A DNA stretch of 64,000 nucleotides, from positions 6,153-70,152 of the forward strand of contig JAAXGQ010000015.1 of assembly GCA_012271265.1 (NCBI GenBank), read 5' to 3'. Source of the DNA: Vicinamibacteraceae bacterium. Its GTDB lineage: Bacteria > Acidobacteriota > Vicinamibacteria > Marinacidobacterales > Marinacidobacteraceae. The notes below the pieces were generated by a model. The model was given only the letters and a program-made list of their open reading frames with translations. It was not told the origin of the DNA and made no database searches. Made by a program: the position numbers and the translations under genes. Positions 9,536 to 17,290 of this stretch are shown here, one piece after another (the stretch's first letter is position 1; every line of letters begins with the position of its first letter).

Positions 9536-11145
9536 CAGTGGCGGAAGTGGCGGGCTCCGGTGAACACCATCGCCAGGTTCCGGGCGTCGGCAGCCGCCAC
9601 CACCTCGGCGTCGCGCACCGAACCACCTGGCTGGATCACCGCGGCGATCCCGGCGTCGGCGAGCGCCTCGAGGCCGTCGGCGAAGGGGAAGAAGGCGTCG
9701 GAGGCGGCGACCGCGCCCTCGAGCGGGACCTGGGCCTTTTCGACCGCGAGCCGGCAGGAATCGAGCCGGCTCATCTGCCCGGCGCCCACGCCGAGAAGAG
9801 CGGAGCCCCGGGCTGCGACGATGGCGTTCGACTTGACGTGCTTCGCGACCCGCCAGGCGAAGCGGAGTCCCTCCCACTCCTCGGCGGTCGGCTGGCGACG
9901 TGTGGGAATCCCGCGCCCGGCCTGGTCCTCGAAGAGGTCGCGGTCCTGGAGGAGAAGGCCGCCGGTCACCTGGGCGAGACGGGGACCGCCGCCCCGGTAG
10001 GCGGATCCGTCGGGGATCTCGAGCAGACGGAGGTTCTTCTTGCGGCGCAGCCGACGGAGCGCCTTCGGTGTGAAGCCGGGCGCGGCGATGATTTCCAGGA
10101 ACACCGCGGCCAGCGACTTCGCCGCCGGAAGGTCCACCTCCCCGTTCAGCGCCACAACTCCGCCGAAGGCCGAGACCGGATCCGTGGCGCGGGCCGCCCT
10201 CCAGGCGTCCCGCGCGGTCGCCGCGATCGCGGCGCCGGCGGGATTCGAGTGCTTGATGACCACGGCCGCGACTCCGTCGGATGCGGCGTCCAGCCCTTCG
10301 AGATCGGCGGCCAGGCGGAGGGCGGCGTCCACGTCGAGGAGGTTGTTGTAGGAAAGCGCCTTGCCGTGGAGCTGGCGGGCTTCGGGAATGCCGCCGGTTT
10401 CGTGCGCGGAGCTGTAGAGCGCAGCCGCCTGGCGGGGGTTTTCTCCGTAGCGGAGCTCGGCGAGCCGGTCGAACTCGAGCCTCAGCGTGCTCGGGAAGGC
10501 GTCAGTCGAAGCGGCGGGGGATTCCCCGCTGATCCACCCCGAGATCGCCTGCTCGTAGGCGGCGGTGCGGGCAAACGCCCGCCCGGCGAGTTGGCGCCGC
10601 AGCCGGCGCGCGGCATCGGGATTCGCCTCGTCGAGCGCGCGGAGAGCGGCAGGGTAGTCGCCGGGGTCGGTGGCGACGACGACGCCGGGCCAGTTCTTGG
10701 CCGCCGCCCGAACGAGGCACGGGCCGCCGATGTCCACCTCTTCGAGCAGGTCGGACTCGGCGGCCCCTTCGGCCAGCGCCGCCTCGAAGGGGTAGAAGTT
10801 GACGGCGACCACGTCGATCGGCCGGATGCCCTGCGTGTCCAGGGCGGCGAGGTCTTCCGGATGGCCGCGACGGGCGAGGATGCCGCCGTGGATCGCCGGA
10901 TGCAGGGTCTTGACCCGTCCGTCGAGCATTTCGGGGTGACCGGTCACCTCGGAGACGCCGAGCACCGGAATCCCGGCGCTCCGCAGCGCGCGGGCGGTGC
11001 CGCCGCTGGCCACGATCTCGAAGCCGCGCCCGGTGAGCTCCCGGGCGAATTCGGCCACGCCGTCCTTGGAGCTCGTGCTGATGAGGGCCCGCCTCCGGAT
11101 CTCGCCCTCGTTACCCGCGTGGGGAGCCGCCACCGGAGTCGTCAT
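9535..11145 (-). CDS. purH: bifunctional AICAR transformylase/IMP cyclohydrolase
   Basis: MGS-like N-terminus RRALISTSSKDGVAEFARELTGRGFEIVASGGTA and C-terminal AICARFT motifs (IKHSNPAG, GGIAAVIQPGGSVRD). Confidence 0.92.
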   Translation of the reverse strand: MTTPVAAPHAGNEGEIRRRALISTSSKDGVAEFARELTGRGFEIVASGGTARALRSAGIPVLGVSEVTGHPEMLDGRVKTLHPAIHGGILARRGHPEDLAALDTQGIRPIDVVAVNFYPFEAALAEGAAESDLLEEVDIGGPCLVRAAAKNWPGVVVATDPGDYPAALRALDEANPDAARRLRRQLAGRAFARTAAYEQAISGWISGESPAASTDAFPSTLRLEFDRLAELRYGENPRQAAALYSSAHETGGIPEARQLHGKALSYNNLLDVDAALRLAADLEGLDAASDGVAAVVIKHSNPAGAAIAATARDAWRAARATDPVSAFGGVVALNGEVDLPAAKSLAAVFLEIIAAPGFTPKALRRLRRKKNLRLLEIPDGSAYRGGGPRLAQVTGGLLLQDRDLFEDQAGRGIPTRRQPTAEEWEGLRFAWRVAKHVKSNAIVAARGSALLGVGAGQMSRLDSCRLAVEKAQVPLEGAVAASDAFFPFADGLEALADAGIAAVIQPGGSVRDAEVVAAADARNLAMVFTGARHFRH

Positions 11146-11312
11146 GCGCCGCAGAACCGGCGGATCCTAGCAGCCTGTAGACGAGGTGACGCGGCATTCG
11201 AGCGGCGATCCATACGTGGCTGAACCAGGCCGCAAAGCGGCCTTCTGCGTTGCGCTCGCTCGGAATACGCCAGGTATTCCTCCCTCACGCGCCTTGTCAG
11301 CCACACGCCTCA

Positions 11313-11360
11313 CCACTCTCGGTGCTCACGCCACCTCGTCCACAGGCGGCTCGCAGCCTG
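11313..11360. repeat. about 48-bp direct repeat flanking the 54-bp tandem array (left copy)
   Basis: ccactctcggtgctcacgccacctcgtccacaggcggctcgcagcctg recurs with 2 mismatches at 11883-11930. Confidence 0.8.
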
Positions 11361-11389
11361 CAGACGAGGTGGGATGGAGGCCGATCTTC

Positions 11390-11855
11390 CGGCTCCGACG
11401 GTGCGGCGCAGGCCGGCGAGGACGCCGGCGCTCCATGGGGCCAGCGCTCCGACGGTGCGCCGCAGGCCGGCGAGGACGCCGGCGCTCCATGGGGCCAGTG
11501 CTCCGACGGTGCGCCGCAGGCCGGCGAGGACGCCGGCGCTCCATGGGGCCAGCGCTCCGACGGTGCGCCGCAGGCCGGCGAGGACGCCGGCGCTCCATGG
11601 GGCCAGTGCTCCGAAGGTGCGGCGCAGGCCGGCGAGGACGCCGGCGCTCCATGGGGCCAGTGCTCCGACGGTGTGGCGCAGGCCGGCGAGGACGCCGGCG
11701 CTCCATGGGGCCAGTGCTCCGACGGTGCGCCGCAGGCCGGCGAGGACGCCGGCGCTCCATGGGGCCAGTGCTCCGACGGTGCGGCGCAGGCCGGCGAGGA
11801 CGCCGGCGCTCCATGGGACCGGCGCTCCATGGGGCCGGCGCTCCATGGGGCGCCA
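11390..11855. repeat. tandem array of about 8 copies of a 54-bp unit belonging to the GC-rich palindromic repeat family
   Basis: Unit ccgacggtgcgccgcaggccggcgaggacgccggcgctccatggggccag[c/t]gct, repeated head-to-tail. Each unit contains the hairpin GCCGGCG-AGGA-CGCCGGC. Because the unit is 18 codons, all six frames hold spurious repeat-protein ORFs. Confidence 0.9.
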
Positions 11856-11882
11856 CCCCCCCACCTGGAGAACCGGGCCGCG

Positions 11883-11930
11883 CCACTCTCGGTGCTCACG
11901 CCACCTCATCCACAGGCGGCTCGCAGTCTG
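11883..11930. repeat. about 48-bp direct repeat flanking the 54-bp tandem array (right copy)
   Basis: cgccactctcggtgctcacgccacctcatccacaggcggctcgcagtctg, 38 bp upstream of the selA ATG. Confidence 0.8.
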
Positions 11931-11967
11931 ACCAGCGACCGATGGAAGGGCGGGGGGATGGAGCCGG

Positions 11968-13443
11968 ATGGTCGCGCGTGGCTATTCTTCGGCGGCTTTG
12001 GCGGGACGGGAGAGCAGCGCGGTGGAGCAGAGGGAGGCGCTCGGGAAGTTGCCGGCGGTGGGGGTGCTGATCGAGAGGGCGCCCTTCCGGGAGATGGCGG
12101 ACGAACACGGCCGGGGGCTGGTGGTGGAGGCGCTGCGCTCCGGGCTTCGAGAGCTGCGGCGGGCGATCCTCAATGGCGTGGCGCCGGCCCGGTGGACCGA
12201 CAATCCCGTCCGGCGGCTGGAAGCGGCGGTCGGGGAGCGCCTTCGGAGTCTCGGCGGGCCTCGGCTCAGGCGGGTGGTGAACGCCACCGGGATCATCGTG
12301 CACACGAATCTCGGGCGGGCCCCGCTCTCCGACGCCGCCCTCGTGGCCGTGGTCACAGCGGCCAGCGGCTACTCCAACCTCGAGTTCGACCTGGAGGCCG
12401 GCGCCCGAGGCAGCCGCCAGAGCCACGTCGAAACGCTGCTCGGGCAGATGTTCCCGGGCCGGTCCGCGCTGGTGGTGAACAACGCCGCGGGCGCGGTGCT
12501 GCTCGCCCTCGACGCCCTGGCGGCGGGACGGGAGGTCGTGGTCTCCCGGGGCGAGCTGGTCGAGATCGGGGGTTCCTTCCGCATCCCGGACATCCTGGAG
12601 AAGAGCGGCGCCCGACTCGTCGAGGTGGGGACCACGAACCGCACCCGGACCGCCGACTACCGCCGGGCGGTGACCCGGAACGGGGCCGACGTGGGGGCGC
12701 TCCTGCGGGTGCACCAGTCGAACTTCCGGATCGTCGGCTTCACCGAGGCCGCCCCGACGCGCGAACTCGTAGCTCTCGGGAGCGAATTCGGCATCCCGGT
12801 CATCGAGGACTTTGGCAGCGGGAACCTCCTGCCGTTGGCCGACTTCGGGGTCACCGGCGCGAACGCGGAGCCAACCCTCGCCGACCGGGTCGCGACGGGG
12901 ACGGACCTCCTCGTCTTCTCGGGAGACAAGCTGCTCGGCGGGCCGCAGGCCGGGATCCTGATCGGAACCGGGGAGGCCATCGCCCGGTGCCGGAACAACC
13001 CGCTGGCGCGGGCGCTCCGGGCCGACCGGATGCGGATCGCCGGCCTCCAGGCCACCCTCCGGAGCCACGTGCGCGGACGCGCCGCCCGGGATATTCCGGT
13101 GTGGCGGGCCATCGCCCGGCCGCTCGAAGAGGTCACCGAGGCTGCGACAGCCCTCCGGGAGCGGCTGGAGGAACGACGCGCTGCGGGGTGGACCCTGGAA
13201 ACGGTGGCGGCCACCTCGCGGGTCGGGGGCGGGGCGGCGCCCGGCGCCCGGCTGCCCACCCGCTGTCTGACGCTCTCCCATCCGGATCACCCGCCGACGG
13301 CGCTCCGGGCCCGACTGCTCCGGGGTGATCCGCCGGTGGCGGGGCGCATCGCCGAGGACCGCGTTCTCTTCGACCTGCGCACCGTTCCGCCGCACGAAAC
13401 AGCCGAGCTGGAGGCGGCGCTGGCGGGCCTGCTGGAATCCTGA
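11968..13443 (+). CDS. selA: L-seryl-tRNA(Sec) selenium transferase
   Basis: Full-length SelA-like PLP fold: N-terminal LPAVGVLIER, NATGIIVHTNLGRAPLS, and the Lys-containing region FSGDKLLGGPQAGIL. ATG at 11968. Confidence 0.8.
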   Translation: MVARGYSSAALAGRESSAVEQREALGKLPAVGVLIERAPFREMADEHGRGLVVEALRSGLRELRRAILNGVAPARWTDNPVRRLEAAVGERLRSLGGPRLRRVVNATGIIVHTNLGRAPLSDAALVAVVTAASGYSNLEFDLEAGARGSRQSHVETLLGQMFPGRSALVVNNAAGAVLLALDALAAGREVVVSRGELVEIGGSFRIPDILEKSGARLVEVGTTNRTRTADYRRAVTRNGADVGALLRVHQSNFRIVGFTEAAPTRELVALGSEFGIPVIEDFGSGNLLPLADFGVTGANAEPTLADRVATGTDLLVFSGDKLLGGPQAGILIGTGEAIARCRNNPLARALRADRMRIAGLQATLRSHVRGRAARDIPVWRAIARPLEEVTEAATALRERLEERRAAGWTLETVAATSRVGGGAAPGARLPTRCLTLSHPDHPPTALRARLLRGDPPVAGRIAEDRVLFDLRTVPPHETAELEAALAGLLES

Positions 13444-13534
13444 CCGGACGGTACCCTTCCCGCTCCCATGGCTCCTTCGCGCGACCCCGGGCCGCCTTCG
13501 CCGGCGCCTCTCCACGCCGAGGCGGGCGGCGCAG

Positions 13535-13598
13535 TGCAGACGCTGCGGCGCAGGCCGGCGAGGACGCCGGCGCTCCATGGGACCGGCGCTCCAACCGT
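13535..13598. repeat. solo copy of the GC-rich palindromic repeat (TIR-type core)
   Basis: ctgcggcgcaggccggcgaggacgccggcgctccatgggaccggcgctcc is the same core as the 54-bp array. Confidence 0.8.
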
Positions 13599-13800
13599 CA
13601 CCGCGCTCCTCGTGAACGGGGAGCCGCGCCCGCTGCCCGAGCCGCCTTCGGTGGCCGGCGCCCTCGCGGCGCTCGGGCTCACAACCCGACCGGTGGCCGT
13701 GGAAGTCAACGGCCAACTGATCCGGCGCCCGGACCATGCCGGCGCCCGCCTCGAGCCGGGCGACCGGGTCGAGATCGTTTCCTTCGTGGGAGGGGGATGA
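13597..13800 (+). CDS. thiS: sulfur-carrier protein ThiS
   Basis: C-terminal 66 aa (ALLVNGEPRPL...GDRVEIVSFVGGG) is a ThiS beta-grasp ending in GG. Its TGA overlaps the thiG ATG. The ORF-track N-terminus (from 13468) runs through the repeat copy and is probably not real; the true start is likely the in-frame GTG around 13612. Confidence 0.55.
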   Translation, partial: VTALLVNGEPRPLPEPPSVAGALAALGLTTRPVAVEVNGQLIRRPDHAGARLEPGDRVEIVSFVGGG

Positions 13801-14586
13801 ATGAGGAACCCCGCCCGGGACGCGCCGCTCGAACTGGGAGGGCGCTCCTTCCGGTCCCGGCTGATCCTGGGCACCGGGAAGTACGCGTCGTTCGAGCTGA
13901 TGCGCGACTGCCACGCCGCCTCGGGCTGCGAGATCGTCACCGTCGCCGTGCGCCGGGTGGACCTGAGCGCGAAGGAGACCCTGATCGACTACATCCCCCG
14001 CGACCGGCTCCTTCTGCTGCCGAACACCGCCGACTGCTACACGGCGGCGGCGGCGGTCCGGACCGCCCGCCTCGGCCGCGAGGCGGGGCTCTCGGACTGG
14101 GTGAAGCTGGAGGTGATCGGCGACCGCCGCACCCTCTACCCGGACACCGGCGAGCTGCTCCAGGCGACCCGGGAGCTGGTCGCCGAGGGGTTCCACGTCC
14201 TCCCCTACACGAGCGATGACGTGGTGGTGGCGAAGAAGCTCGAAGACGCCGGGGCCGCAGCGGTCATGCCGCTCGGAGCACCGATCGGCTCGGGCCTCGG
14301 GATTCAGAACCGCAACAACATCGCCCTGATCCGGGAGGCGGTGAGCGTTCCGGTCATTGTGGACGCGGGGGTCGGCACGGCTTCCGACGCGGCGGTGGCG
14401 ATGGAGCTGGGCGCGGACGGGGTGCTGATGAACACCGCGGTGGCGGAAGCGAAGGATCCGAGGCGGATGGCGCGGGCGATGCGGCTCGCGGTGGAGGGCG
14501 GCCGGCTGGCCTGGCTCGCGGGGCGCATGCCCCGCCGCCGCTACGCGAGCGCCTCGAGCCCGCCGGCGGACGCGCCGCTCGCCTGA
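13801..14586 (+). CDS. thiG: thiazole synthase
   Basis: [67 protein letters not shown] are the ThiG TIM-barrel motifs. Confidence 0.9.
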   Translation: MRNPARDAPLELGGRSFRSRLILGTGKYASFELMRDCHAASGCEIVTVAVRRVDLSAKETLIDYIPRDRLLLLPNTADCYTAAAAVRTARLGREAGLSDWVKLEVIGDRRTLYPDTGELLQATRELVAEGFHVLPYTSDDVVVAKKLEDAGAAAVMPLGAPIGSGLGIQNRNNIALIREAVSVPVIVDAGVGTASDAAVAMELGADGVLMNTAVAEAKDPRRMARAMRLAVEGGRLAWLAGRMPRRRYASASSPPADAPLA

Positions 14587-14604
14587 GCAGCCTGCTGAAG
14601 CGGG

Positions 14605-15351
14605 GTGGCGAAGAAGAAGAGGCGAAGGAGGGCCGCCGTGGCGGTCATGGATCCCGAGGCGCGGCGGGCGGAGAACCTGCTCAAACGGCGCGCGCGGCGG
14701 ATTGCGAAACGCCTCTCCGAGATGTATCCGGCCGCCGAGTGCGCGTTGACCCACAAGAGCGCGCTGCAACTCCTGGTGGCGACGATTCTCTCCGCCCAGT
14801 GTACCGATCGCCGGGTCAACATGGTGACTCCGGCGCTCTTCGCCCGCTACCCGGACGCGGCCGCCTTCGCCGCCGCCGACCCGGAAGAGCTGCAGCAGCT
14901 CATTCACTCCACCGGCTTCTTCCGGAACAAGACCCGCTCGATTCTCGGCGCCTGCCAGCGGATCGAAGACGAGTACGGCGGCAAAGTGCCGGACAATATG
15001 GAGGATCTGCTGACCCTCCCGGGGGTCGCCCGAAAGACCGCCAACGTGGTGCTCGGGACCTGGTTCGGAAAGAACGAAGGCGTCGTGGTGGACACCCACG
15101 TCTTCCGGATCACCTACCGGCTGGGGCTGACGCCGAAGAAAAACCCCGCCTTCACCGAGCGGCGGCTCATGGCGCTCCTGCCTCGGCCGGGCTGGACCGA
15201 CTTCAGCCACCGGGTCATCCTGCACGGGCGAGCCCTCTGCCCGGCGCGCAATCCGGCCTGCCGCTCCTGCGCGCTGGAGCGGATGTGCCGGAAGAACGGG
15301 GTGGAACCGGCTGCGCCGCCCGGGCGCCGCGCCCTGCAGCGAACGTCATGA
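14605..15351 (+). CDS. nth: endonuclease III (DNA glycosylase/AP lyase)
   Basis: HhH-GPD motif LLTLPGVARKTANVVL and the C-terminal 4Fe-4S cluster CPARNPACRSCALERMC. Confidence 0.88.
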   Translation: MAKKKRRRRAAVAVMDPEARRAENLLKRRARRIAKRLSEMYPAAECALTHKSALQLLVATILSAQCTDRRVNMVTPALFARYPDAAAFAAADPEELQQLIHSTGFFRNKTRSILGACQRIEDEYGGKVPDNMEDLLTLPGVARKTANVVLGTWFGKNEGVVVDTHVFRITYRLGLTPKKNPAFTERRLMALLPRPGWTDFSHRVILHGRALCPARNPACRSCALERMCRKNGVEPAAPPGRRALQRTS

Positions 15352-16388
15352 AGATCGGGCTGGAGATCGGGTACCTGACGCCGGGGTCGGGAGATCCGGT
15401 GGCGCTCGCGCGGGAGGCGGAGGCGGCCGGGTTCGATTCGGTGTGGGTCTCCGAGGCCTGGGGGTCGGATGCGGTCAGCGTGCTGGCGTGGATCGGGGCG
15501 CGCACCCGGCGGATCGGGCTGGGCACGGCGATCCTCCCGATCGGGTCGCGGACCCCGGCGCTTCTCGCGCAGACCGCCGCGACCCTCGACCTGCTCAGCG
15601 GCGGTCGGTTCCGGCTCGGGCTCGGCGTGTCCGGACCGCAGGTGATGGAGGGGTGGCACGGCGTCCCGTTCGCCCGGCCGGTCACGCGGCTTCGGGAAAC
15701 CGTCGCCGTGGTCCGCCGGATTCTCCGCCGGGCGGCCCCGCTCACGTTCTCCGGCGAGACGCTGCAGCTGCCGATGCCGGCGGGAACCGGGCTCGGCAAG
15801 CCGCTTCGGATCATGCTCCACCCGAGGCGGGCGGAGATCCCGATCTGGCTGGCGACGATCGGGCCCCAGGCCACGGAGCTCACGGCCGAGGTGGCGGACG
15901 GCTGGCTGCCCTTCCTCTATTCCCCGGAGCAGGCCGCCGCGGTGTGGGGGCCGGCGCTGGCCGCCGGCGCCGCGCGGCGGACCCGCCCCGATCCGCTGGA
16001 GATCGCCCCGATGGTGGACACGGCGCTCGGGGAGGACCTGCCCCGGCTGCGCGACCGGCTGCGTCCGGGGATCGCGCTCTACGTGGGCGGGATGGGCGCC
16101 CGCCGGAAGAACTTCTACAACGACCTGGTGAACCGCTACGGCTACCCCGACGCCGCCCGGGAGATCCAGGACTTCTACCTCGCGGGAAAGAAGCAGGACG
16201 CTGCCGCGGCGACGCCGGATGCGCTGGTGGACGAGCTGGCGCTGGTGGGGCCGGCGGCGCGGATCGCCGAGCGGGCCGCCGCCTACCGGGAGGCGGGGGT
16301 GACGACCCTCATCGTGGCCGCGCCAGTGAACGAGGAGGGTGGAGCCGTTCCCGGAGGCCTCGACGCGCTTCGCCGCGCCTGCGGCTGA
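15348..16388 (+). CDS. LLM-class (luciferase-like) F420/flavin-dependent oxidoreductase
   Basis: MKIGLEIGY...AGFDSVWVSEAWG...RFRLGLGVSGPQVMEGWHG is the TIM-barrel LLM family; start ATG at 15348. The overlapping 549-aa ORF in another frame is spurious. Confidence 0.75.
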   Translation: MKIGLEIGYLTPGSGDPVALAREAEAAGFDSVWVSEAWGSDAVSVLAWIGARTRRIGLGTAILPIGSRTPALLAQTAATLDLLSGGRFRLGLGVSGPQVMEGWHGVPFARPVTRLRETVAVVRRILRRAAPLTFSGETLQLPMPAGTGLGKPLRIMLHPRRAEIPIWLATIGPQATELTAEVADGWLPFLYSPEQAAAVWGPALAAGAARRTRPDPLEIAPMVDTALGEDLPRLRDRLRPGIALYVGGMGARRKNFYNDLVNRYGYPDAAREIQDFYLAGKKQDAAAATPDALVDELALVGPAARIAERAAAYREAGVTTLIVAAPVNEEGGAVPGGLDALRRACG

Positions 16389-16430
16389 GCTGGGGATCGC
16401 GCCCGTTCCCGGCGGGGCCGGGTGGGGCGG

Positions 16431-17252
16431 TCAGGGGAGTTCGGGGGGAAGGTCGAGGCGGCCTTCGTAGACGCGGGTCACGGGGCCTTCCATCCGGGGG
16501 CGGTCGGCGCCCAGATCCATGAGGATCCTGTCGCCGCTCTCCATGCGGACGGGAACGACGGGGGGCCAGCCGAAGTGGCGGCGGGCGACGGTTGCCGCCG
16601 CGGTAGCGCCGGTGCCGCAGGCCAGGCTCTCTTCCTCCACGCCACGCTCGAAGGTGCGAAGGTGGATCTCGCCCCGGTCCGCATCGAACGCGATGAAGTT
16701 GGCGTTCGCTCCGGCGGGAAAGGCCCGATGGCGGCGGATGGCGCTCCCTCGGCCGGCCACATCCACGGAGCGGACATCGGGCACCACTTCGATCGCGTGC
16801 GGCACGCCGACGCGGAGGGCGAACAGATCGGCGGGGCCGCCGGGAAGGTCCGCCACCGAGAGCCTTTCGGTGGGACCGGGCCGGACCATCGCGACCCGGA
16901 CGACCGCGCTCCCGCCGGATCGGAGGAGCGGCTCCACGATCCGGGCGCGGATCACCCCCGCAGGGGTGGTGAAGGCCTGCCTGCGCCCGGCAGCGCCGAT
17001 CTCCTCGGCGAAGACCGCAGCGCAGCGGGTCCCGTTCCCGCAGAGCTCGCCCTCACTCCCATCCGAGTTGAAGTACCGCATGGCGTAGTCGGCGTCCGAG
17101 CCGCGCGGCGGCGGTTCCACCAGAATCAGCCCGTCAGCGCCGACGCCCAGCCGGCGGCGGCAGACGCGCCGGGCGAGCGCCCCTTTTTCGGGTTCGGCGA
17201 AGACCGCGATGCGGTGGTCGATCACGACGAAGTCGTTCCCGGCGCCGGACAT
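16431..17252 (-). CDS. dapF: diaminopimelate epimerase
   Basis: MSGAGNDFVVIDHR, FNSDGSEGELCGNGTRC and ESLACGTGATAAA carry both catalytic Cys motifs. ATG at 17252; an alternative GTG at 17295 exists. Confidence 0.85.
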   Translation of the reverse strand: MSGAGNDFVVIDHRIAVFAEPEKGALARRVCRRRLGVGADGLILVEPPPRGSDADYAMRYFNSDGSEGELCGNGTRCAAVFAEEIGAAGRRQAFTTPAGVIRARIVEPLLRSGGSAVVRVAMVRPGPTERLSVADLPGGPADLFALRVGVPHAIEVVPDVRSVDVAGRGSAIRRHRAFPAGANANFIAFDADRGEIHLRTFERGVEEESLACGTGATAAATVARRHFGWPPVVPVRMESGDRILMDLGADRPRMEGPVTRVYEGRLDLPPELP

Positions 17253-17290
17253 CTTGACGAAGGGCACCGCCCGTCCGACTGTTTCCGCGT

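Noticed and set aside
7412-10000. Very long antisense ORFs opposite real genes
   Set aside because: The affected ORFs are 7412-10000 (+), 11896-15225 (-), 32917-35961 (-), 43035-46094 (-), 46931-48190 (-), 53858-55774 (-), 29003-31912 (-) and others. All overlap well-supported genes on the other strand and have Arg/Gly/Pro-rich low-complexity translations typical of stop-codon-poor 70%-GC DNA.
11390-11855. Long ORFs encoding RRGRRRSMGPALRRCAAG-type repeat proteins in several frames
   Set aside because: The 54-bp repeat unit is exactly 18 codons and lacks stops in most frames, so every frame yields a repeat protein; these are artefacts of the tandem array, not genes.
13443-13600. TPP riboswitch upstream of thiS-thiG
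   Set aside because: No CUGAGA/ACCUGAUC-type conserved TPP elements are present; the leader is occupied by a copy of the palindromic repeat instead.
11145-13600. tRNA-Sec (selC) near selA
   Set aside because: No about 95-nt tRNA with UCA anticodon and long variable arm could be found in the selA-flanking intergenic regions or elsewhere in the window.
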